Shown in pieces: positions 53,950 to 64,000 of a DNA stretch of 64,000 nt. Origin of the DNA: Phoronis australis (lineage: Eukaryota > Animalia > Phoronida). The DNA lies in NCBI GenBank assembly GCA_002633005.1, contig NMRA01000095.1, positions 115,901 to 179,900 of the forward strand, given 5' to 3'. The first letter of the stretch is position 1. Each line of letters starts with the position of its first letter. The notes below the pieces were generated by a model. The model was not told where the DNA came from, searched no databases, and worked only from the letters and a program-made list of their open reading frames with translations. A program made the position numbers and the translations under genes.

Positions 53950-56900
53950 ATGTTTGTGACATTTTTAGGCCATCTGTGATGGACATGGTAACTTACAGTG
54001 TTGTTATTAATGTTTACTTCTGTCAATATTGTGACTTGAGGGGAGTCTACTTCATTACTGTGACTTCAGGGAAAGATTTAACTCACATGAGGTTAATGTG
54101 ATAACATTGTGTCGGACAGAACGTGATAGTTCTCATGCTCTCAAATCACCTGGAGGATAAACACAGGTGACATACAGACAGGGGTCAGTTGTCACCTAGT
54201 TTCGAGTCTACTACATTGCTATCTGTTCCTAGTGTGCTGGGTGGCAGGTACGCAATGTTATCGTTCATTTTTATCATCTGGAGCCTCAGTTTTGGATTAG
54301 TTCAAACCATTGCGTCAAGTGTTTTCGAAATTGGAAAAGACATTATGGTGCATGTAGACTGCTATGTAGTACTAAAAACGATTGGGCCATTTGAACTCTG
54401 AGTATCATTTGTGGATTTATGCTGGATTAATTGTTGTACTGGTCTCACTCACACACGGCCTACACAGTATAATATGTTTGGCAGAGCTGTTTCTTGTTGG
54501 CTATTTGTTGGATCACAAATTGCTACGACACTCACTATTCCCATGGATCGTCGAGAATTCAAGCGTAGGTTCGCTCAGAGGACCATCCGAACCCGACAAG
54601 TTCAACCATGGGTGTACAACTTGTTGAACAAAAGCCTGTACAAAGTGGTCTTTGGTCAGTCAACTACAGCTGGTAGGTGCTTCCTCGCCTATTGAGCACC
54701 CAAGTGCAGTTTTATTTCTGCCCATTTCTCATCAAATTAGTCCTCAAAATTAACCTTTTTCGTAAGTAGATTTAAAACTGACTTACAAGTCCTGTTCTTT
54801 TACTCACATGTCTGTAGAAAGTTATTTAGCAATGAAAGTGAAACCATCATCTACTTCTCCTTACAGTTTGCTATCCATTCTCCTCTGCATGAAATAAAAT
54901 TTCCAAAAATTCTCAACCCAGATGACTTAATGGCACCAGTTATTACACCAGTGGTGGAAATTAGCTAAATATTGAGAGGATGTGCAGGAGTGTTATTGAG
55001 GAAATGACCACAATAAGACCTTTTCCTTGAATAATCTCTTGCAAAATGGGGAATTTTGTTCCCAGTACTAGTGAATCTGAAATCTACTGGTACATGTTAC
55101 AGTTTGTTACATACTTGTTTGATGGTATGAAAGAAATTTAGCTTTTCTGGGTAGTCCACCGAGCTTCTAGAACTGTTGTGCGCTAGATATTGGGTAGGAA
55201 AAGAGGAACACGTAAGACCCTCCCTAATTCTCTTTCAAGCAAAAACGCAGGTATTCCAACTGATATTTCTTAAGGTTGTCACTTTTCTACGTCGGGTATC
55301 TTATCTGTTTTATTTTCTACCCTTGCCTACGAGGTTTGCTGACCTCATTTCCTGTTTGGCGACGTGGGATTTTTTCCACGTTGCATTTGGTGAGTTCATG
55401 TTCTGTTACGTAAGCATCGAGTCCTGAACTTTGAATTTAACTGTAACATCAGTTTCACTTGGATTTCTCCTGCTGCTGTAGAGGCAACACTTCTGAATCA
55501 GTTGCGCGTCTGTTGTTGGTGAAGGGATCTCCTTAGTAACTTGTTGGAACCTAAATGTTGTTTGCCCTGGCCTGTGGGACTATTGTTGTCCTGGCCAATG
55601 GGACTACCGTTGCCCTGGCCAGTGGGACTACCTACCGTTGCCCTGCAAAATGAAATATTAAGTTCTACCACTGCTATATAATCTCTCCTAAGTGGAATAA
55701 AATTCGTTGTTAATTTTCACCTTTGATAAGGGTTCACGGATTTCTAGGCATTGTTATCAGATGGTAACTTTGCTACAAAACTTCAACATGATGAAGCATT
55801 GGTTTTGTGCTCTATTTTTAATAAAAAAATGCGAAAAAAATTATGTCCCAGCCATTTCGTGTACTTCAATGGTAAGATTTTACTGTATACTTACCGTACT
55901 TGTCTTTTACCTATCCTCATCAGTGTGTTGGTAATATATTCTAGTCTGGGTGGCATGGTCTGTGTAATACAACTGGTATACTACATCTGGTCAATCTTTT
56001 GTTTGTAAGCAATGTTAGCCTTTCAATATCATAAAAAGTCAATTAAGAATAACCATACAGCACTTTTGACTAGTGAGTAATTGGTCAGTTATATAATTTA
56101 GCATGGTTTTCCTGAGTGTCAAAAGTTTAATTGTCAGTGACTGCAATTATGTTTAATGGTTTTCTACCATTTGCATATTGGTTTTGTTCATGTTCACATG
56201 GGCAAAGGAGCTGAATCCAGTTGTCAGGTCGGACATATTTACTTTCTGCTACTTGAGTGCTTATTTGTAATCCCAACATTAGCTGCAGTATCTCACAACC
56301 AGTGCCAACAATGAGGTCGTCTGTAACATGCTGTCTGCTGGTAGTTTCAAGTTGACCTTNATGTTTGTGACATTTTTAGGCCATCTGTGATGGACATGGT
56401 AACTTACAGTGTTGTTATTAATGTTTACTTCTGTCAATATTGTGACTTGAGGGGAGTCTACTTCATTACTGTGACTTCAGGGAAAGATTTAACTCACATG
56501 AGGTTAATGTGATAACATTGTGTCGGACAGAACGTGATAGTTCTCATGCTCTCAAATCACCTGGAGGATAAACACAGGTGACATACAGACAGGGGTCAGT
56601 TGTCACCTAGTTTCGAGTCTACTACATTGCTATCTGTTCCTAGTGTGCTGGGTGGCAGGTACGCAATGTTATCGTTCATTTTTATCATCTGGAGCCTCAG
56701 TTTTGGATTAGTTCAAACCATTGCGTCAAGTGTTTTCGAAATTGGAAAAGACATTATGGTGCATGTAGACTGCTATGTAGTACTAAAAACGATTGGGCCA
56801 TTTGAACTCTGAGTACCATTTGTGGATTTATGCTGGATTAATTGTTGTACTGGTCTCACTCAGACACGGCCTACACTGTATAATATGTTTGGCAGAGCTG

Positions 56901-57997
56901 TTTCTTGTTGGCTATTTGTTGGATCACAAATTGCTACGACACTCACTAATCCCATGGATCGTCGAGAATTCAAGCGTAGGTTCGCTCAGAGGACCATCCG
57001 AACCCAACAAGTTCAACCATGGGTGTACAACTTGTTGAACAAAAGCCTGTACAAAGTGGTCTTTGGTCAATCAACTACAGCTGGTAGGTGCTTCCTCGCC
57101 TATTGAACACCCAAGTGCAGTTTTATTTCTGCCCATTTCTCATCAAATTTAAGTCCTCAAAATTAACCTTTTCCGTAAGTAGATTTAAAACTGACTTACA
57201 AGTCCTGTTCTTTTACTCACATGTCTTTAGAAAGTTGTTTAGCAATGAAAGTGAAACCATCATCTACTTCTCCTTACAGTTTGCTATCCATTCTCCTCTG
57301 CATGAAATAAAATTTCCAAAAATTCTCAACCCAGATGACTTAATGGCACCAGTTATTACACCAGTGGTGGAAACTAGCTAAATATTGAGAGGATGTGCAG
57401 GAGTGTTATTGAGGAAATGACCACAATAAGACCTTTTCCTTGAATAATCTTTGCTCTATTTTTAATTAAAAAAAATGCGAAAAAAATTACGTCTCGGCCA
57501 TTTCATTTTCTTCAATGGTAAGATTTTACTGTATACCTACTTGTCTTTTACCTATCCTCATCAGTGTGTTTGTAATATATTCTTCTGGGTGGCATGGTCT
57601 GTGTAATACAACTGGTATACAACATATGGTCAATCTTTTATTACAAGCATTGTTAGCCTTTCGATATCATAAAAAGTCAATTAAGAATTACCATACAGCA
57701 CTTTTGACTAGTGAGTAATTGGTCAGTTATATAATTGTGCATGGTTTTCCTGAGTGTCAAAAGTTTAATTGTCAGTGACTGCAATTATGTTTAATGGTTT
57801 TCTACCATTTGCATATTGGTTTTGTTTATGTTCACATTGGCAAAGGAGCTGAATCCAGTTGTCAGGTCAGTCATACTTACTTTCTGCTACTTGAGTGCTT
57901 ATTTGTAATCCCAACATTAGCTGCAGTATCTCACAACCAGTGCCAACAATGAGGTCCTCTGTAACATGCTGTCTGCTGGTAGTTTCAAGTTGACCTT
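53950..57997. repeat. Near-identical tandem duplication split by a single N; the copies differ by a ~770-bp indel (probable allelic artefact)
   Basis: 53950-56359 versus 56361-57997; segment ~55038-55807 is missing from the second copy; N at 56360. Confidence 0.85.
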
Positions 57998-59445
57998 GTG
58001 CACAACTTCAGAAAAATTCCAAATTTGGGCTAAGTTTGGAACATAGTATCTAAGAAATGATGTTATACTGTAGAAGGCTTTTTCATGTTCAGTGTTTCTG
58101 GCATTTCATATTCAACGTTTATACCATTTGAAATTTGGTCATGTTATGTATACCATTGTGGATGTAATCTTGCATGTTTGTCAAATTTTAGTGAAAAGGC
58201 ATGGTCACATGACCAGACTAATGATAGCTTGGTAAAAAGTCAAAAATTAAATTCTACGGACTTCCTTCTTTCAGAAAATGTATACTTTTACTGAGTTCAA
58301 ATCTGTATTTTTGTAAAATTTTGACTAAATACACAGACATCTTGATAAGGTCCCACATACCCTCTTCTATTGTAGTGACTACTTGCCACACAAGATTGTG
58401 CTAATTTCTCTGCAGCTTTCACAATATGGTTGACAACTGACAAGTGAAATAACATATTCTCATTTTTTTATAAAGAGGCAAGCAACACCCAAAATACAAT
58501 GCTGTTTGTAAATGCTGTTGTCTGACAGTGATTCTAAGAAATTGTGGACAAAGTTACATCTAGCCTTTGAAGGATTTTTGCAATATTTTTGTTGGAAGTT
58601 GGTGCTGTTTTATTGTGTTAGTAAATTGAGATTTCGGAAGTCATTGTAAGGAGGGCCGAGTAACGCTGCATGCAGAGGTCAATGGCATGTTAGTGACACT
58701 GATGTACTGCCAGGGATGGAGCTCCGTTATGAATGGTGGTATATTCACACAGATTTAGAACTTTCAACTGCAGGAAGATGGGCTGTTCGTCACCTCAGGC
58801 ATATTGCTTTTTTCTTCAGGGATGTTCTTCATTTGTTTCAAAAATATAGTGAAGCATCAAAATGGTCATAATTATGTGCTGAGTTTTGTAAGTTAGTTGT
58901 AGTTGGTTGCCGATTGCTGATGTATTTTTAGTGAGTCTTTGCTGCCAATAGGTGGCGCATGGAACTCTAAATTTTGACTTGTGTCCCACTGTATGGAAAA
59001 ACATAATTGGAATTTTGAGAAAGGCCATCGCATTACGCTGTTTTATCCTGTTCCAGTTATAACACAACGCTGTAGCCTAAATACTTATGCTTGTGGAATA
59101 CCAGTGCTTGCTGGTGTGAGTAGGCCTGTAAAATTCTGCAATTATTTCTCTTTTTTGCTTCATTCATAATTTCTTTACTGTTTCCATCAATTCCCGATAT
59201 TTTCTATTTTTCCTAGACTTTATAGTCTTTTTACTGGGAAATTTCACATTGTGATAGAGTAGGTAGTCATTGTAACTAAGCCTCTTAGGAAATCATGCTG
59301 CCACGTTGGTTTTTGGATGTGTCTACTCTATGAGACATGCATCATGTGTCTAGTCAATGAGAGATGCATCATGTGAATAGTGTCACAAAAGAAGTCAACA
59401 CCCAAGACATTTATCATTCCCATTCTTGATTTGTATAAGTATATA

Positions 59446-61363
59446 CCGTAAACGTCCGGATGAAAGCCAATATGCTCAGTTAACTGCCCACCCCCTACTT
59501 TAGGTGGATTTTCGATTTATTACCGCCCACTGCTCGGTTAACTGTCCCCTGTCTGCGATTTTTGAATATTTCCAGTTAAACGCCCACCTCTCGGTTAAGC
59601 GACCATGCCCAACTTCTTAAGATTGAAGATTTAGCGCCCAATGTTAGGAAACGCGGGATTCCCGACTTTTAGATACAGATGATGATCACAACGAGCGCAA
59701 CGACGCTCGGCCTCCGGAACGGAAGTTTGGCAATGTGAATTACAGTATGAATTATTGTCCCGGGCCATGGACTTACTTCAAAACATAATACTTGAACGTT
59801 TTTGTCATTTTATTTTCTTCCCATGTTTGCAAAGTTTAAGAACCTCGCCGGCGTCAATACCTCGGCTTTCAGTGACGCTCTTAGTTTCTGTGTGCAGTGC
59901 ACTAGATAAAACATATATTCGAAATTTTTCTGTTCAGAGAAATGTGAGAATGGTTTTGCCAACCCTCCAAATTCTCTGTAGGTGGGAAGCTCTCGTATTT
60001 TGATGAATTAATTCTCGTAACTCATGGAAAGATGTCAAATTCTCCCTATTTTGATGAATGTTACATATTGTCAGGTTATTGAGGATGTGTGGTGACCAAA
60101 GGGACAGTGCGCCTCACTAGGTCACAATTTGCTGCCTCTCGATTTCTGAGTTCAAAGGTTGGCAATACGTTACTGTATGTTTGTGTATCATCTTGAAGTA
60201 ATAAAAACTTCTAGTCAAATTTTGTTTTTCGCTTATTGCATCTCAATCAAACTGGCGTTAGCAGATATAACTAATGTTGGTTCTTTGGCTACGATTTTTT
60301 GCATCCAACCACCTGACTGTTTGAATTGTCACTTATATATTCCCTTTTTAGCCATCCAGAATAATTTTGTTTCTATATTGGCCAGTTTCAGCCTTACCAA
60401 AATTCTTACCATTCGAGCCTGAAATATCTACGATGCAGACAGCGGGACCGACAAGTGACGCAGTGCGATAGTGTAGGTGGTATTATAACAGGATATAATC
60501 TGGACATCTTGCATGTAAAATAAAATTGTTTTCCACCACAAAGTTGGGTAAGATGGTCGTTTAAGAATGAATTGAAACATCGCTGTTTTGTGATGTTTAT
60601 CACATATTTATGCCGTGGTTAGCACTTTTCTTCTTGATTGACGACTGGCTCATGTCTGCTTCTCCCCCCCTGATTCTTGTCTTACTTCTTTGCCGAGCAT
60701 GTTTTGCGCTACGGGAAGTGAAAATGTTATTTATTGAGTCACACAGTGTCGACTATAAACATCTCAAACACAAAAAACAACTGAATAAATTTTTCTAACT
60801 TTATTACAACTAATTTTAAAACTGCTTCTGACTCGGAACTTGACAGCTAGCACGGACTGTGACCTTGATGTCAGGTGTGAACTCTGCAACACGCGACACT
60901 TGCACGGGCACACTTTTGCAGTGTCACCACTTCTAATCCAAGTGGAGCGCTGTGTAGTCACTGATCGTCTGCGCACTACAGTTCTAACAAACTAACAAGA
61001 CTGCAGGATGGCACGGGTCTATTACTTAGCAATTTTTTAAATTTAATTGTGAATGACTAATCTGCGGGCAACAGAACCTTTGTTAGGATCATCCGCTGTT
61101 ATGAAGTTTTTACCGTCATTTGGCGAAGTGACGAAAAATGCTACGCGTTCCAAGTACGTGTGCGTGTGGGGACTTAGATCACGAGGTAAGATTAACCGCC
61201 CAGGGCGGTTGTCTGCTGTAATAAGCGCCCATGTTCCGTTAACCACCCACCCTGGATTTCTTGAAATTTCACATTTAAGCGCCCATGTCTGGTTAACTGC
61301 CCACCCCACATTTTTTGGGTTTGCCAATTTAACCGTCCAGGGCGATAACCCGAACGTTTACGA
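59446..61363 (-). mobile_element. Decayed pogo/Tigger-like (Tc1/mariner superfamily) DNA transposon
   Basis: TA|CCGTAAACGTCCGG ... CCGAACGTTTACGA|TA termini, with subterminal TTAAC(T/C)GCCCA repeats at both ends. The minus-strand fragment FKQSGGWMQK (~60295-60325) resembles the CENP-B-type HTH of pogo transposases. Confidence 0.7.
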
Positions 61364-62860
61364 TACAATTAGGCCCTCAGAACTGCAGAGCATCTGTTGG
61401 AACAAGGCTATTGTTCTATCTGTAATTACCAAGTGCCTGCGTACCTGGGCTGTAATAGTTGATGCGAGACGCTTGCGAGACAAGGTAGTGTGGTCACATG
61501 CGTTGCATGTTATGCATGTCTTGCAGTGACTTGTTACAGCCTGTTATTTTAAATGTCTTATTTTGACATACCCTTTAACCAAGAATGCATTTTTGAGTCT
61601 CAGAAGTGGTGGCTTTCAGGCGTTTCACATAGGGGCTGGGGGCACTACCCAAAAACCACCAGGAGTGGAGTCCACTATACTGTTAAAGGGGCCCTATCTG
61701 TTTGGTCTCCTTCAGGTGGGGCCCTGAATATTAATATGGGAGCCTACTTTTAAAGCTCCAAAATAAGTGTCTTGCCAACGTTATTTTGATAATGAGCTAT
61801 GGCAGCAATGGTGCTACACTTTCCTTACAAATGTCCACAGGATTTCCCTTATGGGCTTGTAGATGTAACCCAAAGAAATGAAAACCAAATGGTGAAACAT
61901 ATGGGGCCCGGGGATTTCGACTTCCACCTTGGTGAAATGACAGGGAAATTCTGGGTCATTTTGTCTTACGCTTTTGGTTTGAACTGAACACTGAGATGTC
62001 AGGTGACACGCTGGTAAGTGTCATCAGAATTACACTTTGAGGTCAGCTCTTGTCTCGGCTGTTCTTGTCCTTTTTGACTCATAACTGCTACCTTTTCCCA
62101 CTTTTCTTACATATTTGACCTACTTGTATGACTGGGATTACCTAGTGTGGTTGGCAAGTGTTCTGTCCTACTAAAGACTTGGTTATCTAAAATTGTTATG
62201 CAGCACCTCTTCTAATACTGGTAAGCTGTGTCAAATGTACACAGAAAGTGTTGACAGAACTGCTTTAGCAAAGGATATCATTAAGCTATGGAACATAGTA
62301 AATATTTAAAGATTTCAACAGGATAGGCTATTCACCCCTCTGTGGTGAATGGAAAATCCCAGTTTTGCCCACTCACTTCAGCACAGCCTTATGGAATTCA
62401 GGCTGTGTGGAGGACATCCACTGAATTGATTTTTGTCTATTCATAATGAGTCTTCCACAGGCTGACTAAGCATGGCTGGCATATATTAGCTGCTACTGGT
62501 GAAGTTCTAGGTCTATATTGTGTGTGGCTGTTTACATCATGTGAATCACCACACTGTTGACTGAGGTTGCTGTGGCCTTTGATGGTGGGCTCTGGGTTGC
62601 CTCCATTCCCTGGCCATGGACGCCTGTGGTGAAGGACAGAGACCATCACCTACTGGTTCTACCTACATTGTGCTTCCTCTTAACCTGTGGCCAGTGTGCG
62701 GATAGTGGGCTTGTGTAACACTGAGCAAATTTCTGTGATAACAAAGACAGACACTACAGCTGCAGTGAGGTGCCATGATTTTCCATGATGGGTTTCATTG
62801 CACAGCATGATGGAATGAAGTGGATTGACACATGTTTGTTGGGTTTTGTCTGTTCTGCAG

Positions 62861-63120
62861 TAAACTAATCTTCAATTAGTAGAGAGGTGGTTTGGGAGAA
62901 GAAGGAGTTAAAATGCGCATTGTGAAGCTGTGCATATCTAGCTCTGGGATCTTCAAGGATCGCTTTGAGGTCTTGGTACGAGACTCTAGTTTGGAACTCC
63001 TGAAACCGGGTCTCTTGGAACGGGTATACAGCGAGATCCTGAACTTGGCCTCGTGTCGACATCGGGTTGTTGTTACTCTGCTCATGAATCAGACAAAGAT
63101 CAAAATCAAAATGGATATGG
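62861..63120 (+). other. Possible first coding exon of a + strand gene continuing beyond the window
   Basis: Strong acceptor ttttgtctgttctgcag| and donor ATGG|gtaggt. In-frame ATGs at 62913 and 63111 (AAAATGG context) follow upstream stops. No recognisable domain. Confidence 0.25.
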
Positions 63121-64000
63121 GTAGGTGATTTCAAGCTAATCCAGGGCAGCTGGAATACTATCTTCCTGAGCATTTTCATGTTGTTGTTTTGATAGCTTTG
63201 TGATTTTTGAATTAGGAGTGCCATGTACTTCACTTTCCTAATTATTATATTCTTGAAAATATTTGCTGTAACTGGAAGCTCCATGGTGAACCAAGATATC
63301 TCTTCTGATTTCATTACTTGACTGCATAATACCTTTTGTTTACAAACCTGAAGCAGTACAGTGACCCTATCTGACTCACCTTCATTATGAGCAATGCACA
63401 TTAGGGCTGGGCTGTCATTTTATAGACTGTACAAGTGAAAATACTTATTCCTTGTTTGCTACATTTTTTGTGTTGGAATTGCATGCTACTGTACTCACTA
63501 CCTATCTGAGTCCGTCTACTTGGTACGGAGTTTTAACAAGCATATTTGTGCCCTCTTTTAATTTCAGGCAACCTTTGGCTCTGTTCTATCCACTCTATAT
63601 TTGTTTAGCCAGCATAATATCCTTTGGTACTGAGTACCATGTATTGTGCAAAATCCAGTTTGGCTTGTGCTTTGCAGTTTTAGGGATAGATTGCACTCTT
63701 ATGCAATGCGTAACTCCCCAACAGCTTGATCTGTTCTTATCACACCATCCTTGCTCTCAACTGCATTTCCGACATCTTTTAATTTTAAGAAGTTGATAAC
63801 GCTGCTCTGTGATAAACTGATGTCCATTATTTTGAGTTTCACAGGTTATCTTGTAGGAGGCTATCAAATTAATGGCTGCCTTCCAAACATCGTAGATCTC
63901 AGAAACGGCTGAAACTTTCAGGTGCTATGCTTTTTCCACTGTCCTCAAAATCCGTATTAGGAAGTTTTTTAAAAATGTCCTACTTTTGTCTGAGGGGCTT

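Noticed and set aside
53950-57997. Duplicated small ORFs (70, 81 and 94 aa) as a tandem gene pair
   Set aside because: They come from the same single-N allelic duplication and show no recognisable domain or consistent splice structure.
62865-63401. 178-aa minus-strand ORF as a gene
   Set aside because: No recognisable domain; the clearer splice signals are on the + strand.

Overview
Eukaryotic, AT-rich animal genomic DNA, probably an invertebrate. It is a draft assembly with one ~700-N gap and three single-N joins. Three spliced genes can be reconstructed by hand with consistent GT-AG phases. (1) A + strand 343-aa single-pass membrane protein made only of the Cys-rich C-terminal module seen in invertebrate VWDE-like proteins (13688-24078); one of its exons was destroyed by a Helentron-type insertion. 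(2) A - strand two-exon 813-aa GAF-GAF-PDE10-like protein with a partly degenerate active site (34940-31808); a frameshifted orphan copy of its last exon lies at 6321-6807. (3) A - strand nine-exon ~391-aa DEG/ENaC channel that lacks most of the finger domain and has a non-canonical TM2 (45153-36563). There is also an intact tRNA-Gln(TTG). The most striking element is a very young Gypsy/Mag-type LTR retrotransposon (6949-10404). Its LTR ends are TA...TA rather than TG...CA, and it has no tRNA primer-binding site. The sequence right after the 5' LTR is instead a perfect 15-nt complement of the LTR's own R/U5 region, which suggests self-priming. The rest is a Penelope remnant, a CR1-like LINE remnant, a pogo-like relic, MITEs, Helentron-like repeats, and two near-identical tandem duplications split by single Ns that look like allelic assembly artefacts. 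All family assignments come from recalled motifs; no database search was run.
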